DNA of 64,000 nucleotides, taken from contig JBBCJC010000002.1 of assembly GCA_037189525.1 (NCBI GenBank), positions 704,001-768,000 on the forward strand. The letters are read 5' to 3'. A program made the position numbers and the translations under genes. Shown here in pieces: positions 49,506-57,900 of this stretch. Within the stretch, counting starts at the first letter, position 1; every line of letters begins with the position of its first letter. The notes below the pieces were generated by a model that was given only the letters and a program-made list of their open reading frames with translations, was not told the DNA's origin and ran no database searches. Origin of the DNA: Gemmatimonadales bacterium (GTDB lineage: Bacteria > Gemmatimonadota > Gemmatimonadetes > Gemmatimonadales > GWC2-71-9).

Positions 49506-50800
49506 GGCGCCGGATCGGGTGGCTTGCCGCGGCGCTGACGGTCGGCGCTGGATGTACACGAGGAGCGGAGATGGAACAGTCCTTCAAACGACTTTCGGGA
49601 ACCGCGGTGGAGTCGGTGCGGAGCATCGATCCGATTGTCTCGATCCTGGATCAGGCCGTGGTGACGGTAACGCCGGCCCCGTCCGAGTCCGGCGATTTCG
49701 TCCGCCCCTTGGGCAATCCCGAGCAGAACTCGCGACTCGGTCGGGCCCTCCCGGACGGCGCCTGGAAGCTGCGCTGGCGCGCGCCCCTCCGCGGCTTAGG
49801 CACTCCGCTCGACGTGCTGAGCGCAGGTGACCGCGTCGTGGTGCGTGCCGAATCGGGCTGGATGCTGTTCGATGCGGACGGTGAGATGCTGGCGCGCGGC
49901 CCCGCGGGCGACGGCACCATGCTGCTCGATCCGAACGACGGACTCCTGCTCGGCCTCGATGGAGCCGGATTTCTGGCAGGATGGGGTCTCGCCGACGGGG
50001 CTCGGCGCTTCCGGATGATCCTCACCATGCCCGGCGACCTGACCTACACCTTCATCGATCGACCCGGTGATCTCTACCTCGCCTCGGTCGAGCGGCGTTT
50101 GCCGCCGCATACACCCGGAGTGCCGAGTGCGGCGTTCGTCGAGCGGATCACGCTGGGCGCGCCGATCGCGGTCGACGACAACGGCACGCTCCGATCCGCG
50201 GCGCGGCTCGGCGATCTGGTGCGCGAAGTCTCGGACCTCCAGATCGCGCGCCGAGGCGAGACCTTCGTGCTGGCCGTGACCGATACGCTCTACCGTGCCG
50301 ACCTGGCGCTCAGGCTCTCTGCCCGGCTGACGGGATCGTTTCGCCCGCTAGCACTGAGCCTGGACGAGCAGGGTCGTGCGCACCTGGTGGTCATGACGGC
50401 GACAGGGCCCGCCCTGTGGGTGGTCGAGCCGGACGGGCGCCGAGTGGTCGACCGGTCCGTGCCGCTCACGTCCAAACGGCTCCTGGCGCCGCCCATCATC
50501 AGCCATCACCACCAGATCTATCTGGTCTACGCTGATCGGATCACGGCGTTCGAGTCCGACGGGCGTTCGTGGTGGGATACGAGATTGGATACCATTGCTG
50601 GTGCCGTGCTGACGGCCGATGACCAGTTGCTGGTGGCGGCGGGCCGGCAGGTGCTGGCGTATCGCGGCGCTGCGGCCGCGGTGCTTGCCACGGCGCTCGA
50701 CCCGTTGGTGACGCCGCCGATTCTCTCGGGGACCGGCCTCCTGCTGGTGGCGTCGGCCGATGCGCTCTTTGCCTACGAAGCAACCGGAAAGCGGCCATGA
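49502..50800 (+). CDS. Lipoprotein with PQQ-like beta-propeller features, candidate immunity protein
   Basis: GTGA overlap with the effector stop; MRRRIGWLAAALTVGAG-C lipobox; LRWRAP and W-terminated strand repeats. Confidence 0.7.
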   Translation: MRRRIGWLAAALTVGAGCTRGAEMEQSFKRLSGTAVESVRSIDPIVSILDQAVVTVTPAPSESGDFVRPLGNPEQNSRLGRALPDGAWKLRWRAPLRGLGTPLDVLSAGDRVVVRAESGWMLFDADGEMLARGPAGDGTMLLDPNDGLLLGLDGAGFLAGWGLADGARRFRMILTMPGDLTYTFIDRPGDLYLASVERRLPPHTPGVPSAAFVERITLGAPIAVDDNGTLRSAARLGDLVREVSDLQIARRGETFVLAVTDTLYRADLALRLSARLTGSFRPLALSLDEQGRAHLVVMTATGPALWVVEPDGRRVVDRSVPLTSKRLLAPPIISHHHQIYLVYADRITAFESDGRSWWDTRLDTIAGAVLTADDQLLVAAGRQVLAYRGAAAAVLATALDPLVTPPILSGTGLLLVASADALFAYEATGKRP

Positions 50801-51129
50801 AGATCAGCCAATCGCAGGCCGACGCGCTGGGCGGCTGCAGCGAGTGCGCCCATGCGCCGGTGGAGGGCGGCTCATCCGGTGGCGAGGGGGGGCCGTCGGT
50901 GGTGGTGGCCGATCCAACCAAGTCGGCGTGGATCGTGATCGAGCTGATCGACTCGACCGGCGCGCCACGCGCGGGCGAGGCGTTTTCGGTACGCCCGTCG
51001 GGTGGATTGCCGATTGAAGGAACGCTGGACCCGAAAGGCAAAGTTCGCATCGAAGGGATCGACCCGGGAAGCTGCGCCGTGTCCTTCCCCAAGCTGGGGT
51101 ACCAGGCCGAGCAGGCAACGGCAAGCTGA
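50797..51129 (+). CDS. Small stand-alone transthyretin-like (PAAR/VgrG-tail-like) protein
   Basis: ATGA overlap; CSEC; WIVIELIDSTGAP..GTLD.KGKVRIEGIDPGSCAVSFP. Confidence 0.75.
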   Translation: MKISQSQADALGGCSECAHAPVEGGSSGGEGGPSVVVADPTKSAWIVIELIDSTGAPRAGEAFSVRPSGGLPIEGTLDPKGKVRIEGIDPGSCAVSFPKLGYQAEQATAS

Positions 51130-51177
51130 GCACAGGGCGCGGCCGTCCGGGTGGATTCAAAACGATCGAGAATCTCC

Positions 51178-51732
51178 ATGTCTCTGGTCAATGAGCGACT
51201 GCTGTCCATCATCCAGGTCCGGGAGTGGGCCGTGCGCGGTCGACTCTTTGCGATCATCGATGCATGTGATGCGCCGGCCGTTCCCCTCCGTGCCCGTGAC
51301 GCGGGGCCGGAGCGGGCCGTTTCGCTCTATCGCGGCCGGGCGGAGGAGGACCTCTGGGCAGTGGCGCCGTATCTGTTTCGGGTCGATCCCGAGCTCTTCG
51401 ACTGGATCAGCGCCGAGCTGTGGTCGACGTCGTGGGGCATCTTTGCCGTCGCGGATACGAGCCTCGACGCGATGCGACTCCATTTCCGGCGCTTTCTGAC
51501 CGTGCGAAATCCGCAAGGCGAGCCCTGGTACTTCCGGTTCTACGATCCCGCCGTGTTGCCCACGTTCCTGGCGACCGCGGACGCCGAGCAGGTGATCGAC
51601 TTCATCGGACCGGCGCGCGCTCTCGCGGCGACCGATCCGGTTTCGTACGGAATCCGGGTCTTTACTAGGCGTGACGGTCCAATGAGGGGCGAGCGTCCGC
51701 GCCCCGCGATCGCAGTCCGGCGCGCGCGTTGA
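51178..51732 (+). CDS. DUF4123 T6SS effector chaperone (Tec/Tap-1-like)
   Basis: LFAIIDAC; SLYRG; APYL; WGIF; LHFRRFLTV; YFRFYDP; start could be 51151. Confidence 0.88.
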   Translation: MSLVNERLLSIIQVREWAVRGRLFAIIDACDAPAVPLRARDAGPERAVSLYRGRAEEDLWAVAPYLFRVDPELFDWISAELWSTSWGIFAVADTSLDAMRLHFRRFLTVRNPQGEPWYFRFYDPAVLPTFLATADAEQVIDFIGPARALAATDPVSYGIRVFTRRDGPMRGERPRPAIAVRRAR

Positions 51733-51842
51733 CTCCGTTCTGTTCGATTTCCGTTCGTTGGGATCAGGATTCCGTCGCATCGTTGTCGCTCGACCCGTCA
51801 GGTCGCCTTCGCAAGCTGAGCATTCTCGTTCCGGGAGGGACC

Positions 51843-52049
51843 ATGGCCGGCTCGAACACCCGCGAGATCCGTAACGAAGATGGCGACGTCATTGCGCGCG
51901 TCTCGGAAGAGAATCCGGGCACGGTGCTCCAGTGTCTCCGGTGCGAATTGGCGGGCGAGGTCCGGGAGCTGATCGAATATCCCCCCACCTGGGCCAAGCT
52001 GTCCGATCGCAATTTGTTCGCGTTGTGCCGACAGGGTGACGTCCGGTGA
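51843..52049 (+). CDS. 68-aa hypothetical protein
   Basis: Strong GGAGG RBS before ATG; codon bias typical of the genome. Confidence 0.55.
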   Translation: MAGSNTREIRNEDGDVIARVSEENPGTVLQCLRCELAGEVRELIEYPPTWAKLSDRNLFALCRQGDVR

Positions 52050-52059
52050 AGATGGAACG

Positions 52060-52183
52060 ATGAGTCGGTCCGCTGCGCGAGTGTCCGATCTGTATCCCTG
52101 TCCTAGGTGATGGGGATCGTACCGTACGTGGGAGGGCGGATTTTCCTGTCCGGACAGGGCAGGATGGGGCCGGCTCGGGTATG
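52060..52183 (+). pseudogene. Decayed PAAR gene remnant
   Basis: MSRSAARVSDLYPCP, then a -1 frameshift to VMGIVPYVGGRI..GRMGPARV; matches the PAAR start xxxPAARxxDxHxCPMVTGxVPHVGGPI. Confidence 0.7.
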
Positions 52184-52267
52184 GCCGGGTGCTGTCAAAT
52201 TCGTACGGAGCGGGCCTCCCGGACGGCTGTCGATACCTTTGACATACGGCGCCCCAGGGTGCAATGC

Positions 52268-52297
52268 TTGACCGGGCCTAACGGTTGCCGCTACACT
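52268..52297 (+). promoter_or_regulatory. Candidate sigma-70 promoter of the T6SS structural operon
   Basis: TTGACC-N18-TACACT, 25 nt before the ATG at 52323. Confidence 0.55.
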
Positions 52298-52322
52298 ATC
52301 ATACCTCCTCTACCCCCTGCGG

Positions 52323-53468
52323 ATGCCAACATATAGTGTCGATCTCACGACCGAGCGTGGCGTTTCGCGGGTGTCCTTTACCCTCGATGACGACCGCCCG
52401 TTAGGGCTGCAGATCAATCATATCCTCGAGGAGTTTCGCCAGCGGGGACTGGTGCTCAAGGGTGGTCCCGAGGACGAGTTGATGGTCGCCTGGAACGGGC
52501 GGCCGGTCGATGGCAGCAGGACGCCGCATGCGCTCGGCATCTCGCCGCTGCACGCCATCGAGTTGCGGATGCGGCCGCGGAGCGCCGCCGTGGTCGCCCG
52601 GGTCGAACCCCCCGCGGCGCCCTTCCTGTCGAAGACATCGTACCTGGCGCTGGTGACGGCCTGTACCGGCGCGGCGATCGCGTGGATCGTGACGGCCACG
52701 CTGTTCACGGATCTGGGAGATGTGCTGACCAGCTACGGGACGCTAGACGTCGTGGTGGCCACCGTGCTCGGTGCGGCGGTCGGGGGTGTCCTGCTAGGTG
52801 CGCTTGCGCGGGCTCGAAGCGAGTCGGTGGTGGTTGGGCTGGCGGCGGGAATCGGGCTCGGAGCCGTCGGGGCGGCCATGGGGGCATTCTCGGGTCTCGT
52901 GATTGCGGGGTACGCCGGGCTCGGCGACTCGCGCCAGAGCTTCATCGTCGCGCGGTTGGTGACCTGGGCGTTGGCCAGCGGCTTCCTCGGCATGTTCCTG
53001 GCCTTTCGCTGGGTACGGACGCATGCCGTGGTACCGTTCGAATCGCTGCTCTGGGGCTGTGGAGCCGGTATCGTCGCCGCCTTGCTGCTGTCGTTGCCGG
53101 GGCCGTCCGATCTCTGGCAATTGCTGGCGTTTCTGGTGGTCGGCGCGGGGACGGGCGCCGGTGTCGTCCATCCCGTCATGGTCCGTTCGCTCGGCGTCAT
53201 CGAGCTGGAGCGCACCGGTGCCGGAACCGTGGGCCTGCTGGGTCATCGGGGCTGGATGGTGCCCTTCCACGGAACGGCTGCGGTCGGTCGAACCCTGAAT
53301 GTGCGCAGCGAGCAGGGACGCTGCCAGGTGGCTCTGACCGGGGCGGCGGCTGAACCGGTCACCCTGGGCGGACGTGCGGTCAGCGGCCCGCACGACCTGC
53401 TCAATCAGGATACCATCACTATCGGGTCGCGCGTCTTCCTCTACCGCCGTTTTCCGGAGGCGAGCTAG
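52323..53468 (+). CDS. Membrane protein: ubiquitin-like (YukD/EsaB-like) domain, about 6 Gly-rich TMs, degenerate FHA-like domain
   Basis: WNGRPVDGSRTPHALGI..IEL ubiquitin-like pattern; six hydrophobic segments; VGR..VTLGGRAV..LLNQDTITIG FHA-like tail. Confidence 0.65.
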   Translation: MPTYSVDLTTERGVSRVSFTLDDDRPLGLQINHILEEFRQRGLVLKGGPEDELMVAWNGRPVDGSRTPHALGISPLHAIELRMRPRSAAVVARVEPPAAPFLSKTSYLALVTACTGAAIAWIVTATLFTDLGDVLTSYGTLDVVVATVLGAAVGGVLLGALARARSESVVVGLAAGIGLGAVGAAMGAFSGLVIAGYAGLGDSRQSFIVARLVTWALASGFLGMFLAFRWVRTHAVVPFESLLWGCGAGIVAALLLSLPGPSDLWQLLAFLVVGAGTGAGVVHPVMVRSLGVIELERTGAGTVGLLGHRGWMVPFHGTAAVGRTLNVRSEQGRCQVALTGAAAEPVTLGGRAVSGPHDLLNQDTITIGSRVFLYRRFPEAS

Positions 53469-54754
53469 TGAAAGGCGCGGCGGGTGTCGCACTCTGCCTG
53501 ACTCTCTTCGGGGCGTCGGGTCTGGTCGGGCAGGACGGCGACGTGACGCTGCTGCGCTGCGGCGAGCGATCGGCTCGGCCGTGTCTGATGACCACCGTCT
53601 CACTTCGTCCGGAGCAGGCTCGTCAGTTGGCGGGGCGCTCGCCGGACAGCTTGAGCGTGGCCTGGCGGGCGCGATTCCTGCGGGACACCAGCCTGGCGGG
53701 CCGCGCGCAGAGAACCTGGTCGAGCGCAATGCGCGGAAATCGGGTGCTGATCCTGGTCGATGTCAGCGGCAGCATGAAAAATCTGGGGATCGGGACCGCC
53801 AAGCTCGTCGTCGGAAACTTTCTCCGTACGCTCGATTCGCTGCCCGCCGGGTCGGTCCGGGTGGCGGTTGCGCCGTTCGGCAGTGTCAGCGTTGCCGACC
53901 GGATTGCCGCTGCCCGATTCACGACGCCCGACTCGGCCCGCCACGCGATCGACCGGCTGCCCAATCCGGATCGGGAGAATACCGGGCTGTATAGCGCGGT
54001 GGAGGCAGGCGTCGAGCGGCTGTCGCGTGAATTGGCGGAGGCTGGCGAGGGCCTCGGTGCACTGGTCGTGCTGACCGATGGCGACAACGACGTCGGGCGG
54101 CCTGGAGACGATCCGGGATTGCTGGCGGGGACCGCCGGATTGACCCGTGCCGCGCAGGCCGTGGATCAGAGTGCGGCATTCACCACCATCGTCGGGATCG
54201 GCAATCTCAACGCGCAGGCGTTGAGAACTCTTGCGGGCCCCCGAGGGCGGGCGTATCTCAAGAGCTTGGACGCGTATGAGCTGGCCCGTCCGCTGGCGGA
54301 AGTGCGCGACCTGTTTGCGATCAGCTGGGAAGTGCTGTTCCCGTTGTCCGTCGCGCGCGAAGGTCTCGGGCGAGGGCCTGCGTCGTTGGTGCCTTCGCTC
54401 GGCGCCGTGGCGGGAACGGCATTGTGGCGGCCGCCCGTGATTGCATTGCCCGCGTTCGTCGGCGTGGCGTCGTCGGCATTGCTCCCGAGCGGCGTTGGAG
54501 CGGCTCCGGTCGGTTTCGTTCTGGATCGGCGCTGGCCGCTCGCGTTGATGGCGGGGGTGCTTCTGTTCTTGTTATGGTTCGTGGCTCCCCGGTTGTTGTG
54601 GCCATCATCGCCTGCGGTGGCGCTTGCGCAGGGTGCGCCGACACCGCCCAAGGTGGTGTCACCGCCCGCGGGTGGATTGCGAGCCGATGTGAAAGAAGTC
54701 GCGCCGCGCCGGCCGTCGGACACGACGGCGGCCAAAGCGCGGCGCGCCCAATAG
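53468..54754 (+). CDS. Exported vWA-domain protein with C-terminal TM anchor
   Basis: Signal peptide; MIDAS DVSGSM, T (NTGLY), LTDG; C-terminal TM; TAGTG coupling to the upstream gene. Confidence 0.85.
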   Translation: MKGAAGVALCLTLFGASGLVGQDGDVTLLRCGERSARPCLMTTVSLRPEQARQLAGRSPDSLSVAWRARFLRDTSLAGRAQRTWSSAMRGNRVLILVDVSGSMKNLGIGTAKLVVGNFLRTLDSLPAGSVRVAVAPFGSVSVADRIAAARFTTPDSARHAIDRLPNPDRENTGLYSAVEAGVERLSRELAEAGEGLGALVVLTDGDNDVGRPGDDPGLLAGTAGLTRAAQAVDQSAAFTTIVGIGNLNAQALRTLAGPRGRAYLKSLDAYELARPLAEVRDLFAISWEVLFPLSVAREGLGRGPASLVPSLGAVAGTALWRPPVIALPAFVGVASSALLPSGVGAAPVGFVLDRRWPLALMAGVLLFLLWFVAPRLLWPSSPAVALAQGAPTPPKVVSPPAGGLRADVKEVAPRRPSDTTAAKARRAQ

Positions 54755-54800
54755 CAGCGTAGCAGTGAGACAATCCTATTCTCTTTGAGGGGAGCCAGAC

Positions 54801-55271
54801 ATGCCAGTCGTGAAGGTCACGCGGGCCGGGGTCAAAATGGCGCCGCGACAGGTGCCGACCGAGACCACCGCGACCATTCTGCCGATGACCGTCGACCGGG
54901 TCGGGCAGGAGGCGCTCGAGGACGAGCAGCCCACCAAGGTGTCGAGTCTGGCCGAAGCGTTCGAGAAGTTCAAACCGGCGCTCGATTTCAAAGCCAACGT
55001 GGGCGACGAGGGAACCGAGTTTGCGGCGGACCTCGAGTTCAAGAGCCTCAAAGACTTCGACCCCAAGCGGGTGATGACGCGCGAGCCCGGCAAGCGGAAC
55101 GACGTCGCCGATCTGCAGAGTCAGATCGATCTGCTGCACCGGATGCGCGAGCGGTTCGCCGTGTTGTCGGTCCGGCGGGCCTGGGACAATCCCGAGCAGC
55201 GGAAAGAAATCATCGAAGCGGTGGCCGAGTTCCAGGATGCGTTGCGGAAGATCTCCGGAGGTGACGCGTGA
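54801..55271 (+). CDS. tssB: T6SS contractile sheath small subunit, Bacteroidota-like
   Basis: SLAEAFEKFKP..LEFKSLKDFDPK and C-terminal WDNPEQRKEII helix; GTGA overlap with tssC. Confidence 0.8.
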   Translation: MPVVKVTRAGVKMAPRQVPTETTATILPMTVDRVGQEALEDEQPTKVSSLAEAFEKFKPALDFKANVGDEGTEFAADLEFKSLKDFDPKRVMTREPGKRNDVADLQSQIDLLHRMRERFAVLSVRRAWDNPEQRKEIIEAVAEFQDALRKISGGDA

Positions 55272-56602
55272 GCGAGGTCAAGACCGCGCAGGACATCATC
55301 GCCAAGAAGGGCGCGAGCAAGGCGATCGAGGAAATCTTCAACGTGATCCATCCGGCGCCCTCCAAGACGGCGCTCAAGGACATTTTCACCGCCGAGTCGG
55401 CGTCGCAATTCCTCAAACGGGTAACCGACTTCTCGAGCCTGCTGTCCGCCGAAGACAGCTACGATCAAGCGCTCAAGAAACTCGATGCCCAGCTCAAGTC
55501 GCTCGAGTCGACCCGCGACGAGGTGCTCAAGCAGATCTACGAGAAGATTCGCCCGATCGAGCGGAGCTACCGTGAAATCCAGCTCTTCTTCGAGAACGCG
55601 GAGGTTCGCGACAGCGTCCAGCGTCCGCCGGTCGAGTTCTTCATTTTCAACGCCGACACTCGTGCGGTCACGAGCGACGTCAACAGCTCCACCGTGCAGG
55701 CCGTCGACGAGTTCGTCCAGAGCCGCAACGACAGCTTCAACTTCCGCCAGTTCATCTGCAACATGGTGCTGCCGGGATACGTGCCGGATAATGTCCGGAA
55801 GCGGTTCGAGGACATGGCCAACAAGTGGGGCATGCTGCTGATCGGCGATCTCAAGGACGAGCTGTCCTTCAAGTCGCTCTCCGATCAGTTCCGGACCGAT
55901 GGCGGCGCGTACGAGTTTCTCAAGCGGCCCGAGGATCGTGCCGCGGCCGACGTGGTCATCGCGGGTTTCGTCAAGCTGCGCGACAAGCACTGGTTCGAGG
56001 CGGCGGACGACGACAGCGAGAATGCGGACCTATACGGCCCGTCGTCGCTTCTGTTTGCCGGGTCGCTCGCCCGGACGGATCGGACCACGGGCGGCGGTAT
56101 TGCGCAGGGACCGGTCGGGATGATCTTCGGACAGATTCGCGGCCCCGAAAAAGCCCGGATCGAGCCGCGGATTTCTCAGATGGAGCATCTGTCGATGGAA
56201 CGACAGGTCGTCACCATTATCCGGAACGAAGACAATCAACTCTGCTTCGTGGGCAGCCGGACCCAGGCCGAAGATCCGAAGGGCGTGCTCAAGTTCTTCA
56301 CGTCCTACCGGGTGCTGCGTTACCTGGAGCGCCGGATTGCCGTCTATCTCCGGCGGGTGGCCGAGCAGCGGCTCACGCGCGATCTGGTCAAGGAACAGGT
56401 GCGCAATCCGATCGAGGAGTTCCTCGAGGACGAGCTCAAGAAGGGAACGATCTACAAGTACGACATCGATATCGACATGGACGAGGACAAGTTTGCGCAG
56501 GGAGTCCTCGACATCAAGCTGGAAGTCTTGCCGGTTGGTCCGGCCGAGACCTTCGAGCTCAAGATCGATACGCCCGACTTCAAGAAGGACGGTAAGGAGT
56601 AA
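55268..56602 (+). CDS. tssC: T6SS contractile sheath large subunit (DUF5458-like, subtype iii-like)
   Basis: IERSYREIQLFFEN; MVLPGY; sheath-like C-terminus (RVLRYLERRI..IKLEVLPVGPAE). Confidence 0.8.
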   Translation: MSEVKTAQDIIAKKGASKAIEEIFNVIHPAPSKTALKDIFTAESASQFLKRVTDFSSLLSAEDSYDQALKKLDAQLKSLESTRDEVLKQIYEKIRPIERSYREIQLFFENAEVRDSVQRPPVEFFIFNADTRAVTSDVNSSTVQAVDEFVQSRNDSFNFRQFICNMVLPGYVPDNVRKRFEDMANKWGMLLIGDLKDELSFKSLSDQFRTDGGAYEFLKRPEDRAAADVVIAGFVKLRDKHWFEAADDDSENADLYGPSSLLFAGSLARTDRTTGGGIAQGPVGMIFGQIRGPEKARIEPRISQMEHLSMERQVVTIIRNEDNQLCFVGSRTQAEDPKGVLKFFTSYRVLRYLERRIAVYLRRVAEQRLTRDLVKEQVRNPIEEFLEDELKKGTIYKYDIDIDMDEDKFAQGVLDIKLEVLPVGPAETFELKIDTPDFKKDGKE

Positions 56603-56616
56603 CGGCGGAGGATTGC

Positions 56617-57009
56617 ATGGCCGATGACGAGGGCCGGGCCGACGATGTCGGCGGGGTGAATCCGGACGGGTCGCCCAAGCGCGATCTGCGGTACAGCAGT
56701 CATGAGGATCGCTCGGTCCGGGTCGATCGCGAGCTGGACGGCACCGGTCGCCTGGCTCGTGGTGATCGTACCAAGATGTCGGTGCTCAATTTCTCGTCGC
56801 GTCACCCGGTCCGCACCGAGCGCGATCCGGAGTTCACCTTCCGCCCCGCTCCGGCCGCTGCCTCGGCGCCGCCGGCTGCGGAGGTTCCGGCTCCCGCCGC
56901 GTCGGAGGCCAAGGCGCCTGACGATGCGGCGGGATCGACGGCTCCACAGGAGTCGGCCGATCGATCGCCGTCCGTGATGGATCGGGTGAAACATCTGTTC
57001 GGGTTTTAG
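56617..57009 (+). CDS. 130-aa hypothetical protein inside the T6SS operon
   Basis: GGAGGA RBS; Ala/Pro linker; C-terminal amphipathic VMDRVKHLFGF. Confidence 0.65.
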   Translation: MADDEGRADDVGGVNPDGSPKRDLRYSSHEDRSVRVDRELDGTGRLARGDRTKMSVLNFSSRHPVRTERDPEFTFRPAPAAASAPPAAEVPAPAASEAKAPDDAAGSTAPQESADRSPSVMDRVKHLFGF

Positions 57010-57036
57010 GTCTCTCGTCAACGCATCGGAGCTGCC

Positions 57037-57477
57037 ATGGCCACGTATAACCGCGTCAAAGTCAAAATCGATTCCGTCGAGTTTCGTCCGGTCGAGGCCA
57101 AGTACACCATTACGCGCAATGCCAACCAGGTTGGTCGTCGGGTCGGCGACTCGCTGATCGGCCGGGTCGAAGTCTGGATGGACGCCAGCGTGCTGGACAA
57201 CCTGCCGCAGTCCGCTCAGATCGAACTCTGGAAAATCGCCACCGAATCCAAGGACCCGCTCCATAAGGTCGAGGTGACGTGGTACCTCGATGAAGCGGAC
57301 AAAGTGCTGCATGCGGTCGAGTTCATGGGCTGGATTGCCGCCTTCGAGGTCGGGAATCCCCAGGCCGACGTCTCGGGCGGCGGTGTCAGCTCGGTGCAGT
57401 TCAAGAACCTGTTGCGGCTCGAACTCGCCGTCGTGGTCGACGAGTCGAATGTGAGCAAGCACAAGTTCACCAAGTAG
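57037..57477 (+). CDS. tssD: T6SS tube protein Hcp/TssD (subtype iii-like)
   Basis: 146 aa, beta-rich; YTITR..GR..GRVEV; position between sheath and baseplate genes. Confidence 0.72.
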   Translation: MATYNRVKVKIDSVEFRPVEAKYTITRNANQVGRRVGDSLIGRVEVWMDASVLDNLPQSAQIELWKIATESKDPLHKVEVTWYLDEADKVLHAVEFMGWIAAFEVGNPQADVSGGGVSSVQFKNLLRLELAVVVDESNVSKHKFTK

Positions 57478-57507
57478 CGAGCGCCCTTCGGCGCGCGGGA
57501 CCGCATC

Positions 57508-57900
57508 GTGCCTTCGATTGCCCTTCCTCTCCGGATCGATGCGACCGGTTCGCTCGTCCGGCAGGATGATTTCGACGCGGTCGTCGGAATCATCGGCAAG
57601 ATGGCCGGAACGACCTCGACCACCTGGCCCCACGCCAGGTGGTTCGGGTTGTTCGAAGCCTTCATGGAAGCCGGGCGCCGTCAGCAGCAGGATCACGAAT
57701 CGCTCAAGGACGCCATCAACCTCGCCCTCCGCGAACTCGGTGTGCAGCAGTTCCGGGTCCAGGCGGTGACGACGGTGCGGAGCGATCACGGTTTCGGTCA
57801 CCGCCACTTCCGGATCACCATGACCGACGCCGAGGGTCGCTCTCGTTTTGCCGAGTTGGATGGAGAGGGCCGCCGCGCCGAGACGGAATCGCCATCATGA
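57508..57900 (+). CDS. tssE: gp25-like baseplate protein
   Basis: Size, IALPLRI start, SLKDAINLAL helix, position before vgrG. Confidence 0.6.
   Translation: MPSIALPLRIDATGSLVRQDDFDAVVGIIGKMAGTTSTTWPHARWFGLFEAFMEAGRRQQQDHESLKDAINLALRELGVQQFRVQAVTTVRSDHGFGHRHFRITMTDAEGRSRFAELDGEGRRAETESPS

Noticed and set aside
52302..52312. ACCTCCT anti-Shine-Dalgarno-like sequence (AGGAGG on the minus strand)
   Set aside because: Followed only by a 3-codon ORF on the minus strand; no rRNA context
57481..57496. Small GCGCC-CTTC-GGCGC hairpin after tssD
   Set aside because: Stem is too short to call a terminator; at most an mRNA-stabilising element
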